DNA of 28,551 nucleotides from Hyphomonadaceae bacterium (GCA_047601145.1 JASGJW010000009.1:1-28551), one strand, 5' to 3'; shown: positions 7,558-16,147, counted from the first letter of the stretch. Numbers and translations: made by a program. Notes: generated from the sequence alone by a model not told the origin.

Positions 7558-7590
7558 CGGCGAGGGAATGGGCTCGCCGCTTCTTCATGG
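7558..7590. terminator. possible bidirectional terminator hairpin between convergent genes
   Basis: CGGCGAG-ggaatggg-CTCGCCG is a 7-bp stem with an 8-nt loop at 7558-7579. It is followed by CTTCTTCAT on the plus strand and ATTCCTCGTTTTCG on the minus strand. It lies between the peptidase stop at 7444 and the convergent gene stop at 7622. Confidence 0.3.
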
Positions 7591-7621
7591 GTTTACGGCG
7601 ATTGTCGCCTGCACGGCTCGG

Positions 7622-8434
7622 CTACTTCCTGCCCAGCCGCGCCAGCAGCTCAGCCTTTTTCGCTTCAAGTACAGCGTCCAGACCATTCATCGCAGCGGCT
7701 GGTGGTTTGCCGGGGCCGGACCTCGTCGCTGCCAGCGCCTCGCGGGGTGAAACGACTTTTGGCGGTTTCAGTGGTCCCATGGGCGGGATGGGCGCAAAAT
7801 GCGTGGAGGCAAGATAGCCTCCACCTGCGCCTTGGCCCGCCATGGAACCTGGCGCGATGACTTGCAGTTCACCGGCGACGGTCACCAAAGTCTTCAGCAC
7901 CGCGTTGCGGCCGGAGATCATAACCATGGTCTCGCCGGGCGCTTCCGGGATGAAGGCATGCTCCATCTGGTCGCGTCCGCGGGGGAAAAGCCGGAAGATG
8001 CCGCCGTTGGCGCCATAGAGTTCAATAACCACAGAGTGCAGGTCGCGAAGACCCCGCATGCGGTACCGCCACTCACGGCCGGCTTCCGTCTGCCTTGGGG
8101 CTTCGACGTCGATAATGTAGCCCCCGCCGGCGCCGGGCCCATCATCACCCGCACGGGCGCCAGAAGTTGCGGCTACCGTGAAGCTATGGCTGGCCCTTGC
8201 AATCGCTGTTCCGAACTCATCCTGCGCAATCGCATCTATGCGTTCTGCTCCGGGAAAGCTCATGCCTGCGCTGTACGAGAGGGATGTGGCGCCCCGCGTC
8301 TCCTTGATATCAAATCCCACATTGCCGGAGATACCTGCCACGTCGAACTTGATCGAATACGCATCGCCAAAACTGGCGGCTGTTACGGTGATCGAGCCGT
8401 TGTCCGAAACACGCGATGGACCCGTAAGATGCAT
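7622..8434 (-). CDS. hypothetical glycine-rich protein, no signal peptide
   Basis: ATG at 8434-8432 (minus strand) has AGGAG 7 nt upstream. The translation MHLTGPSRVSDNGSITVTAASFGDAYSIKFDVAGISGNVGFDIKETRGATSLSYSAGMSF... has two GAGGGY motifs and a helical basic tail (LEAKKAELLARLGRK). The ORF track extends it to 8731 without a credible start. Confidence 0.5.
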   Translation of the reverse strand: MHLTGPSRVSDNGSITVTAASFGDAYSIKFDVAGISGNVGFDIKETRGATSLSYSAGMSFPGAERIDAIAQDEFGTAIARASHSFTVAATSGARAGDDGPGAGGGYIIDVEAPRQTEAGREWRYRMRGLRDLHSVVIELYGANGGIFRLFPRGRDQMEHAFIPEAPGETMVMISGRNAVLKTLVTVAGELQVIAPGSMAGQGAGGGYLASTHFAPIPPMGPLKPPKVVSPREALAATRSGPGKPPAAAMNGLDAVLEAKKAELLARLGRK

Positions 8435-8643
8435 TTGAAACTCCTGCCGGCCGCATTGGCCCCAACAGGGAAGGCGCAGGATCCGCCGGGAACGGGCCAA
8501 GTCGCCGCCTTTTTTTTGATGAATTTTGGGCCGCGCCCGACCGGCCATCCGCCAGACGCCTTGCGGGCGCAGGTAAAATGAAGTGAAATCAGGCCGCTGG
8601 TTCTCTGGCGGGCGCGCAATCAAAGGGGACGTTGGCGCCTGTC

Positions 8644-8667
8644 GAACGAGTGGGTTGCCGGGTCTGA
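8644..8667 (+). promoter_or_regulatory. candidate ECF-type (autoregulatory) promoter, GAAC -35 / GTCTGA -10 like
   Basis: tcGAACgagtgggttgccggGTCTGAtat lies ~50 nt upstream of the proposed GTG start of the ECF sigma gene and resembles GGAAC..N15-16..GTCT ECF promoters. It is a weak match. Confidence 0.2.
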
Positions 8668-8718
8668 TATTTGTTCCGGGGCGGCCCGCGGGGAGAATAC
8701 CGCAACAGGGGTAGGCGC

Positions 8719-9261
8719 GTGGGCGGTGCAAACAGCGACGAGGAGAAGGGGGCCGGGCGGGCCACCCATCGGGACGCCTTGCTGCGCGAACATTATGACG
8801 AGTTTCGCAGGGTAGCTGGCCGGGTCCTCAATGGGGACGCCAAGGTGCTGCAGATTCAGCCGACCGATCTCGCGCATGAAGCAGTGATCCGTCTCTCAAA
8901 GCTCAATCAGATTGACCTCGAAGGTCGCACGCATTTTCTTTCGCTCTCGGCGCGCGTGATGCGTCAGATCCTGATTGACGAAATTCGCCGGGTGCGCGCA
9001 GCCAAACGTAAACCGCCCACGATTGTCACGCAGCTTCCGCCTGAGCTGGGCCACCAGTCAGTTGATCTTGAAGATCTCGACCGTGCTCTTACAAAACTGG
9101 AAGCGATTGCCCCTGACCATGCCCGTCTCGTCGATCAGCGTTATTTTGCCGGCCTAACGGTTGAACAGATCGCCGTGGTTGAAGCGACGTCCGTCAGCAC
9201 TGTGAAGCGCCAATGGCGAGCCGCCCGCGCCTGGCTGCTTGCGGAACTTGGCGCGCGATAG
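8719..9261 (+). CDS. ECF-family RNA polymerase sigma factor (sigma-70 regions 2 and 4)
   Basis: Region 2-like DLAHEAVIRLSKL and region 4 HTH LVDQRYFAGLTVEQIAVVEATSVSTVKRQWRAARAWL. GTG at 8719 is chosen because an upstream candidate promoter would otherwise sit inside the ORF. The ORF track starts at TTG 8671, so the start is uncertain. The stop lies 3 nt before the next ATG. Confidence 0.65.
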   Translation: MGGANSDEEKGAGRATHRDALLREHYDEFRRVAGRVLNGDAKVLQIQPTDLAHEAVIRLSKLNQIDLEGRTHFLSLSARVMRQILIDEIRRVRAAKRKPPTIVTQLPPELGHQSVDLEDLDRALTKLEAIAPDHARLVDQRYFAGLTVEQIAVVEATSVSTVKRQWRAARAWLLAELGAR

Positions 9262-9264
9262 GTC

Positions 9265-11697
9265 ATGAACCATCCGCTGACCCGCCGCGCTCTTGATATC
9301 TTCGAGCAAGCCCTCGGAATTGATGAGGCGGGGCGGGATCTTTGGCTCGCAACAATTTGCGCAGGCGATGCCGCGTTGGGCAGCGAGGTCCGACGTCTTC
9401 TAGCCGCGGATGCGATCGCCGAGCGAGCCCTGCCGACCGGTGATCTGCAGCCCCGTGACGGGCCTATCCCCGAACACATTGGCCGCTACCGCATTGTCGA
9501 GCGCCTTGGACAGGGCGGCATGGGCGATGTCTTTGCCGGAGAGCGTGATGACGGCCTCTTTGACCATGCCGTCGCTATCAAACGCGTGCGTCCCACGCTT
9601 TTTGCTGAAACCGCCAAATCTTTGTTCGACCGCGAACGCCGCGCGCTGGCAACTCTCAGTCATCGGCATATCGCGCAGTTGTTTGACGGGGGCGTAGATG
9701 AGACCGGCGCGCCCTATCTCATCATGGAACTCGTCCGCGGTGTCTGCATTGACGAATTTGTGCGTCAGCATGACCTTTCACCGCAAAAAATCGCGGCCAT
9801 GATGATCGCGGTCTGTGATGCTGTTCAGCATGCCCACCAGAAGCTCATCGTTCATGCCGATCTCAAGCCAGCCAATATCCTCGTGAACGAAGCGGGCGAT
9901 CCCAAAGTCGTTGATTTCGGCGTTGCGCGACTGATTGGGGAAGGAGGCGAGGGCGGGATCTATCCCCATACGCGAGGCTATGCCAGTCCGCAGCGCGCGG
10001 CCGGCGCTGCGCCAACTCCCGCCGATGACGTCTATGCGCTGGGGGCAATTCTGTGCGTCCTCCTTACGGGCGAGCCCCCTGAGAGCGGTAACGCACTCCT
10101 CACGCCTTCGCGCGTGACCGAGCGGTCAGCTGCTTTTACCGATCGCTCCGCCAATTGGCTCCGATCACGGGCGCGCGAAATGCGGGGCGATCTCGACGCC
10201 ATCATTGCACGGGCCTGCGCTGAAAATGCCGAAGACAGGTATCCCGCCGCCCACGCCCTCTCTGCCGATCTGCAGGCCTGGCTCGAATTTCGCCCGATCG
10301 CGTCCAGGTCTGAAGACACCTTCTATGTCTTTCGAAAATTCGTCCGCCGTCGCCGCTGGCGAGTGATTGGGGGCGCCACATTTTCCATCGCGCTCATCAC
10401 TGCGCTCATCGTCACTGTGTTGCTCTATACTCAAGCCGACTTTCAGCGTCGTCAGGCTGAGGCGCGTTTCGATGAGGTGCATTCGCTCGCAAGGTATTTG
10501 TTATACGATGTCTATGACCGGCTCGAGCAATCCCCCCAGACCCTAGCGATGCGTCGCGACGTTGCCCGCGTGGCTCAGGGCTATCTCGATGTGCTGGCCG
10601 CTGCTCCGTCGGCCCCGCCGGATGTGCTGCGCGAAGCTGCCGAGGGGCTGGTGCGGATTGCCGATCTTCAGGCAGGCCGATCGCGCGCCAATCTTGGCGA
10701 GCTGATCCAGGCTTTGGCAAACCTCGAGAAGGCGAGTGCGATCGCTGCCCGTTTGCCGGAGCACCCGCAGCGGGATGGTTCCACGTTTGCTCTGCGTGCT
10801 GGCATTGCCATTCGCCAGGCGTCCCTGGCGATGAATTCCAATCAGGATTTACCGAGAGCTTCGCGCCTGCTCGATCAGGCCGCGCGAGACATCGCAAAGC
10901 TATCCGACGACGGCAAATTGCGATCAATGCTGACGCTGCAGTTCGAGGTCGAGTCAGCCGTCCTTGCCAACTGGAAGGGCGTCTACGCCGAGGGCGTTCA
11001 GCATGCCCAGCGTGCAATCAATGTTGCGGGTGCTCTGCCCATCAACGCGGCGGATGCCCGCGACGCCCACTATCTCCTGGCGCGCGCGTGGGATGCTTAT
11101 GCGGAGGCCACCTACTACGGCACGGGAGAGGCAGCATCGGTGCCTGCTTACAGCAAGCTCGTGAGCATCGCATCGAGCTATGCGTCATCCCATCCCGACG
11201 ACATGATGGGCGTCAGGATCGCAATCGAAGCTCACTGGGCGCTTGGAACCACCCTCCTCGGCATCGAGCGTCTGCGTGACGGCCTGAGGGAGCTCGATGA
11301 TGCGAACAGGCTCCTTCCCCGGCTGTTGCGGTTCCAGCCCGATGACGAAGGTGCACGTCGGACCCAGCAGATTGTGCTCGGCGCCCGGGCCCAGGCGCTC
11401 GCGATGAATGGGAGGTTCGCCGAAGGGGTGGCCATCCTGAAGGAAAGGCTAGCCTCTGCAGAACAGGCGGCGAGCACGCCAGACGCAGTTGCGGCGGACA
11501 AACGCTCGCTTGCCGTTACAAAGACAATGCTTGCCGATCTTTACGCCGATTCAGGTCGCGCTGGACCCGCGTGCACGCTCTATGACGAGGCCGATGCGAT
11601 CTTTTCTGGCCTTGAAGCGCAGGGTCTTCTGTCTCAGCTTGACCGGGACAGCGCTCAGCGGATGGCGCGCGAGCAGAAGGACAAATATTGCCGATGA
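9265..11697 (+). CDS. membrane Ser/Thr protein kinase (HAD variant of HRD) with C-terminal TM and large helical repeat (TPR-like) domain; likely partner or regulator of the upstream ECF sigma
   Basis: Kinase motifs LGQGGMGDVF, AVAIKRV, HADLKPANIL and DFGVARL, plus an APE-like GYASPQ. The TM segment is VIGGATFSIALITALIVTVLLY. A ~400-aa helical C-terminal domain lies outside the membrane. It is translationally coupled to the sigma gene. Confidence 0.75.
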   Translation: MNHPLTRRALDIFEQALGIDEAGRDLWLATICAGDAALGSEVRRLLAADAIAERALPTGDLQPRDGPIPEHIGRYRIVERLGQGGMGDVFAGERDDGLFDHAVAIKRVRPTLFAETAKSLFDRERRALATLSHRHIAQLFDGGVDETGAPYLIMELVRGVCIDEFVRQHDLSPQKIAAMMIAVCDAVQHAHQKLIVHADLKPANILVNEAGDPKVVDFGVARLIGEGGEGGIYPHTRGYASPQRAAGAAPTPADDVYALGAILCVLLTGEPPESGNALLTPSRVTERSAAFTDRSANWLRSRAREMRGDLDAIIARACAENAEDRYPAAHALSADLQAWLEFRPIASRSEDTFYVFRKFVRRRRWRVIGGATFSIALITALIVTVLLYTQADFQRRQAEARFDEVHSLARYLLYDVYDRLEQSPQTLAMRRDVARVAQGYLDVLAAAPSAPPDVLREAAEGLVRIADLQAGRSRANLGELIQALANLEKASAIAARLPEHPQRDGSTFALRAGIAIRQASLAMNSNQDLPRASRLLDQAARDIAKLSDDGKLRSMLTLQFEVESAVLANWKGVYAEGVQHAQRAINVAGALPINAADARDAHYLLARAWDAYAEATYYGTGEAASVPAYSKLVSIASSYASSHPDDMMGVRIAIEAHWALGTTLLGIERLRDGLRELDDANRLLPRLLRFQPDDEGARRTQQIVLGARAQALAMNGRFAEGVAILKERLASAEQAASTPDAVAADKRSLAVTKTMLADLYADSGRAGPACTLYDEADAIFSGLEAQGLLSQLDRDSAQRMAREQKDKYCR

Positions 11698-11886
11698 TCC
11701 CCTCAGGAAGCGCTATTTGAGCCGACAGCTCTGCCTGTCAGACGAGAGCGTCTACTCCCCCCCTGCAGCCAACTCGGTCCTGGCGGTCCGCAACATCTTG
11801 GCGCGACAGCTCGAGGCGCGTTGACCCTTCAGTTGAGCTCCCACGGCTCCTTGCGTTTACGCGTCAGCAACAATCCATGAATAAGG

Positions 11887-11920
11887 TGCTATTAGCATAT
11901 AGATGCAGCGCGGCGCTGCA
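11887..11920. promoter_or_regulatory. two adjacent palindromes upstream of the pilin gene (candidate operator or 5'-UTR hairpin)
   Basis: TGCTA-T-TAGCA at 11887-11897 and TGCAGCGC-G-GCGCTGCA at 11904-11920, ending 20 nt before the pilin ATG at 11940. Confidence 0.3.
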
Positions 11921-11939
11921 GTCGAGCTGGGTTTGCGGG

Positions 11940-12470
11940 ATGGCATCGCTTCTTCGAAGGCTGTTTGAGCCTCACAAGACCGCATTGCGGTTCACGCTCG
12001 TTGCTTTGGCGTTCGGGCTCTCAACCGTTGGCTTGGCCAGCGCCCAGACAGCGACGAGTTCGTTCAACGTCACGGCGAGCGTGCAGAATGCATGCACGAT
12101 CAGCGCGGCTGATCTGGCGTTCGGCGTCTATTCAACGATCAGCGGCGCCAACCTCGATGGCTCCTCGACGATCCAGGTCAAATGCACCCTCAGCGCGAGT
12201 TATGCAGTCTCGCTGAACGCTGGGACGACTGCTGGCGGCTCGATATCGGCCCGCCTGATGACCAATGGGTCAAGCACGTTGGGCTACAATGTCTACACAA
12301 CCAACGGCCGGACAACGGTCTGGGGGGATGGCACAGGCGGATCCTCTTCGGTTGCCGGCACGGGCACTGGCCTTACCCAGAACCTCACCGTCTACGGACG
12401 CATCGCGGGCGGGCAGAACCTCGCTGCCGGCAGCTACTCGGACGTCGTCACAGCAACGATCAGCTTCTGA
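11940..12470 (+). CDS. spore-coat-U (SCPU) domain / Csu-type pilin subunit
   Basis: Signal peptide MASLLRRLFEPHKTALRFTLVALAFGLSTVGLASA|QT. The mature part is Ser/Thr/Gly-rich with paired Cys (NACTIS ... VKCTLS), as in CsuA/B-like SCPU pilins. The alternative ATG at 11877 would give a 58-aa leader and is considered less likely. Confidence 0.65.
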   Translation: MASLLRRLFEPHKTALRFTLVALAFGLSTVGLASAQTATSSFNVTASVQNACTISAADLAFGVYSTISGANLDGSSTIQVKCTLSASYAVSLNAGTTAGGSISARLMTNGSSTLGYNVYTTNGRTTVWGDGTGGSSSVAGTGTGLTQNLTVYGRIAGGQNLAAGSYSDVVTATISF

Positions 12471-12477
12471 GGCCGCA

Positions 12478-13197
12478 ATGAAGAACACCCCCCTCCCGAC
12501 ATTATGTGCGGCTCTGGCGGTGCTCGCACTCCTGGCATCGCCCCAGCCTGGGTACGCCGTGACCCTGTCGCCGCTTACGCTGGTCATGGAGCGCGACAAG
12601 ACGATCGTGACCCTGCATGTCCAGAACGACGACAAAGAGCCGAGGATATTTGAAGTTCAGGCGTTCCGATGGAGCCAGGAAGGCGGGGAAGACAGGCTGG
12701 CGCCGGCGATCGATCTCGTGGTGACGCCGCCGATCGTGAAGCTCGCTCCGGGAGAAGAAAAAATCATCCGCGTGGGCGTCATGAAGAAAGATCGCGAAAG
12801 CAATGGAGAAAAGGCCTACCGACTTCTCCTGCGCGATATTACCCCGACCGAGCTTCAGGCAGGCGAACTCCATCTGCAGATGCAGTACCTGTTGCCACTA
12901 TTCGTGTCGCCTGTCCGACCGCATGGCGGTGTGCAACTGGTCGAGGCCGCCTCGTCAGACGATACGCGCTGCATAAAGATAACGAACACCGGGAATGTTC
13001 ACGCCAAGCTCGTGTGGACGGCGGGAGATGGAGCGCCGGAAAGCGTCTCGCCGACGCAGAAATATGTTCTGGCCGGGGGGCAGACGCTCTACTGTCCAAA
13101 GGTCGCCTCCGCCGAAATGGGGGCCGCGAGGGTTGGCGTTACATCGGCCTATCAGAGCGAGGTGACTTCCTATGAGGTCATGCCGCCCGCACATTAG
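12478..13197 (+). CDS. periplasmic pilus assembly chaperone (PapD/CsuC-like)
   Basis: ATG at 12478 with GAGG 6 nt upstream. Signal peptide MKNTPLPTLCAALAVLALLASPQPGYA. PapD-like features include TPPIVKLAPGEEKIIRV (PP..L.PGE...RV). The ORF track start at 12265 overlaps the pilin and is rejected. Confidence 0.75.
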   Translation: MKNTPLPTLCAALAVLALLASPQPGYAVTLSPLTLVMERDKTIVTLHVQNDDKEPRIFEVQAFRWSQEGGEDRLAPAIDLVVTPPIVKLAPGEEKIIRVGVMKKDRESNGEKAYRLLLRDITPTELQAGELHLQMQYLLPLFVSPVRPHGGVQLVEAASSDDTRCIKITNTGNVHAKLVWTAGDGAPESVSPTQKYVLAGGQTLYCPKVASAEMGAARVGVTSAYQSEVTSYEVMPPAH

Positions 13198-15535
13198 GGA
13201 AAGCTACCTTCTTCTGACCAGCTGTCTCATGGCCATCACGGTCAGCCAGCACGCTTCAGCGCAGGAGCAGGTATCAGCCTCGCCGCTTGATTCCTCAGGC
13301 GGCAACCCCGACGAAATCCTTCTCCTCGAGCCGCGGATCAATGAGGGTGCGCCGGACCCGCCGATTTTTGTCGTGCGTCGCGCAGGCCGCCTCCTGCTGC
13401 CGACAGATTATCTGCAACGTCACGACTTCCTGTTTGTCGGCGCGGGCGAGAACATTGGAGGAGATACCTACGCCCCAACTGGAGACATCGCCACGTTCAG
13501 CGCCCGGATCGATGAGGCTCGCGGTCTCCTCAGCATCACGTGCGAGGCCGCCTGCTTCAGCGGGGCGAGCCTTGCCGTCAGTCGCGCTCATATCGCTGCC
13601 GTTTCGCCGATCGAGCCTGGCGCCTTCGTCAATTATGACGCCTATGCGGAGGCTGGCGATGCTGGTCCATCCTCCGGCGCGTTTGCCGAGGTTGGGGTGT
13701 TCTCGGATTTTGGAACGGGTGTCACCGGGCTATTCTGTTCGCATCGCGCAGACGAGAGTACTTGCGGCCGGCTGGAGACGAGCTGGACGATCGATGATCC
13801 CGCAAGCGCGCGTCGGCTGGTGCTGGGCGATGCCCTTACACAAGCCGCGCGATGGGGCGCGCCGGCGCGGTTTGCGGGGATTAGCTGGGGAACGGATTAC
13901 TCTCTCCAGCCCGACTTCGTCACGTATCCGACGCCGGTCGTGTCAGGGGACGCAACGCTCGCCAGTTCTGTTGACGTCTACATAAACGATGCATTGCGGT
14001 TCCAGTCGCCGGTGTCCGCAGGGCCGTTCCGTATCACGGACATTCCCGTCATCACCGGTGAGGGAAGCGCGCGCGCCGTTGTGACGGATCTCCTCGGGCG
14101 CGAGCAGACAATCACGACGGCGTTTTATACAGCCCCCGAAATGCTTCGGCGCGGTCTCGACAAGTATGGCGTTGAGGCTGGCCTACTCCGCAAGAATTTT
14201 GGAAGCGAGAAGGACGCCTATCAGGATCCCTTTCTGGCCGCGGGCTATTCACGCGGCCTGTCGGATGACGTGACAATAAGCCTTCGATCCGAACTTGGCT
14301 CGCGGCAACAATCGATTGGCGCCTCGGCGATGATGGCGAAGACGGGGTTTGGACAAAGCGAAGGCGCTCTTGCGTTTTCCGGGGGTGAGAGCGGGGAAGG
14401 AGCGCTCGGCCGTTTTGCCCAGGATTTCAGGTCGCCACAGGTCACGATTGGCGGCGTCATCACAGCAGCAACGCCAGGCTATCGCACCTTCGGCTCGGAT
14501 CGGCCGATCGCAAGGCTCGCCTCAAACGTCTTTATCGGCTTCAACAGCGAACAGTACGGTTCTGCTTCTTTCAGCTGGGCGTATCGTGATGAGCGTTACG
14601 ACGAAAATTTTTCTGCGATCGGCATCAACTACGCCGCCAGGATCATGGGCGCATCGATATTCCTGACGGCGTTGCGAACCAGCTCTGCCCAGGAGGGCTA
14701 TTTTGGCTCGCTGACGATTTCCGTTCCACTGGGTGGTGGGAGCTCGGCTTCTTCCGGCCTTGAATATGACGGCAGGCGTCTTGGCGCAGACCTGCGTCTT
14801 CAAAGCGATGTGCCAGTATCGGGTGGCATTTCCTACCGGGCGCGGGTCGCCTCGGGAGGCGTTGATCGCGCCGACGCGGGCCTCACAGGGCGCGGACCAT
14901 TCGGGGATCTCTCGGCGGATTTCAGCAGCGCCAATGGCGAGGAAGCGTTCCGGCTATCGGCGCGCGGCGGGCTTGCTGCGGTCGATGGCGAGTTGATTTC
15001 GGCTCCCACCATCGGCGGGGGTGTCGCCGTGGTCTCCGTTGGACGCCAGCCGGGCGTTCGTGTGTTCCATGACCGGCAGCTGGTTGGCGTGACCGACGCC
15101 GAGGGCAAGATCATCGTTCCCGCCCTGCGTTCATTCGAGCGCAATGTGATCTCCTTCGATACGGAAGACCTGCCGCTTTCGGTCGATTTCGACGCGACCG
15201 AGCTTGTCGTCACGCCTGGTTATCGCACTGGCCACAAGGTTGCGTTCAAGGCGAGCCAGACATTCAGCATGATGGTCAGGATATTCACCGAGGATGGCGC
15301 TCCATTGCCGACGGGAGCATCGATGATCAATGCCGATACGGGCGAGATCTATCCCGTAGGCTCCGATGGCGCCGTGTTCATTCCTGGTGCAGGCAAGAAG
15401 GTGCGGCTCGATTATGAGGCTCCGTTCGAGCGGTGCGACGCAATCATTGTCACGCCGGACGAACCAACGTCCGTCCCTGTCTGGGATGGAGGCACGCTGG
15501 TCTGCCACAGATCAGCACTGCAGGCGCTGCGATGA
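13172..15535 (+). CDS. outer-membrane fimbrial usher (CsuD/FimD-like)
   Basis: 787 aa. Signal-peptide-like N-terminus (LLLTSCLMAITVSQHASA|QE). It sits between the chaperone and a second pilin gene, with size and beta-rich composition typical of ushers. It overlaps the chaperone end by 26 nt and the next gene by ATGA. Confidence 0.7.
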   Translation: MRSCRPHIRESYLLLTSCLMAITVSQHASAQEQVSASPLDSSGGNPDEILLLEPRINEGAPDPPIFVVRRAGRLLLPTDYLQRHDFLFVGAGENIGGDTYAPTGDIATFSARIDEARGLLSITCEAACFSGASLAVSRAHIAAVSPIEPGAFVNYDAYAEAGDAGPSSGAFAEVGVFSDFGTGVTGLFCSHRADESTCGRLETSWTIDDPASARRLVLGDALTQAARWGAPARFAGISWGTDYSLQPDFVTYPTPVVSGDATLASSVDVYINDALRFQSPVSAGPFRITDIPVITGEGSARAVVTDLLGREQTITTAFYTAPEMLRRGLDKYGVEAGLLRKNFGSEKDAYQDPFLAAGYSRGLSDDVTISLRSELGSRQQSIGASAMMAKTGFGQSEGALAFSGGESGEGALGRFAQDFRSPQVTIGGVITAATPGYRTFGSDRPIARLASNVFIGFNSEQYGSASFSWAYRDERYDENFSAIGINYAARIMGASIFLTALRTSSAQEGYFGSLTISVPLGGGSSASSGLEYDGRRLGADLRLQSDVPVSGGISYRARVASGGVDRADAGLTGRGPFGDLSADFSSANGEEAFRLSARGGLAAVDGELISAPTIGGGVAVVSVGRQPGVRVFHDRQLVGVTDAEGKIIVPALRSFERNVISFDTEDLPLSVDFDATELVVTPGYRTGHKVAFKASQTFSMMVRIFTEDGAPLPTGASMINADTGEIYPVGSDGAVFIPGAGKKVRLDYEAPFERCDAIIVTPDEPTSVPVWDGGTLVCHRSALQALR

Positions 15536-16023
15536 CCGTTCTGGCCCGCATGGGTTGGCTTCTCATTTTCTGGCTGGCCTCGGCAGGACCTGCCAGCGCG
15601 AGCTGCGTTGGCGTCAAGTGCACATGTTCGGTCACCGGCAACACGATCAGCTTTGGGAGTTACGCGCCAACGGCGCCAGGCGACGTGAAGGTTGCGGCCG
15701 ACATCAGCGTCACCTGCAAGGCTTTCGTGCTGGGCGTGATTTCCTATGAGATACAGCTTGGTCCAGGGATTTACGGGACCCTCTCGGACCGCAAGATGAG
15801 CAATGGCGCCAGCTTGCTGTCGTACAATATCTATACGAACGCAGCCCGCACGATCATCTGGGGTGACGGCGCGGGCGGAACCGGCGTGGTGGGCGATTCC
15901 TATCTCCTTGCCCTCAACGCAACGCGCACGGAGACGGTGTCGATGTACGCCAAGCTGGGCGCAGGACAGAATGTCAGTGCTGGTTCGTACTCGGATACGA
16001 TCGTCGCCACAGTCGTCTATTGA
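15532..16023 (+). CDS. second SCPU-domain pilin-like subunit (minor or tip subunit)
   Basis: ATG at 15532 overlaps the usher stop (ATGA). Signal peptide MTVLARMGWLLIFWLASAGPASA. It has Cys pairs (CVGVKCTCSV ... VTCKAF) and a C-terminal GSYSDTIVATVVY that parallels the first pilin's GSYSDVVTATISF. Confidence 0.7.
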   Translation: MTVLARMGWLLIFWLASAGPASASCVGVKCTCSVTGNTISFGSYAPTAPGDVKVAADISVTCKAFVLGVISYEIQLGPGIYGTLSDRKMSNGASLLSYNIYTNAARTIIWGDGAGGTGVVGDSYLLALNATRTETVSMYAKLGAGQNVSAGSYSDTIVATVVY

Positions 16024-16147
16024 GGCGTCCGGACCGGTCTGGATCGGCCCGTTCTTGTCGCGGCGACCGTTCGAGCTTCTGTTAGATGTCGACAGTTGGC
16101 GACGAAACCGGCGCCATGGGCGCGGCGGCGTCCGAGCGTATAGCCTG

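Noticed and set aside
8480-8520. T8 run (gccgcctttttttttgatg) as a terminator
   Set aside because: There is no convincing GC hairpin immediately upstream. The run lies in the divergent promoter region between the glycine-rich gene and the ECF sigma gene, so it is more likely an AT-rich promoter spacer.
8435-8731. Upstream extension of the glycine-rich gene to 8731
   Set aside because: There is no plausible start or Shine-Dalgarno. The extension is Pro/Arg-rich, whereas ATG 8434 has AGGAG at -7.
12265-12477. Upstream extension of the chaperone ORF (start at 12265)
   Set aside because: It would overlap the pilin gene by 200 nt and encode Arg/Ser/Thr-rich nonsense. ATG 12478 has a Shine-Dalgarno and is immediately followed by a signal peptide.
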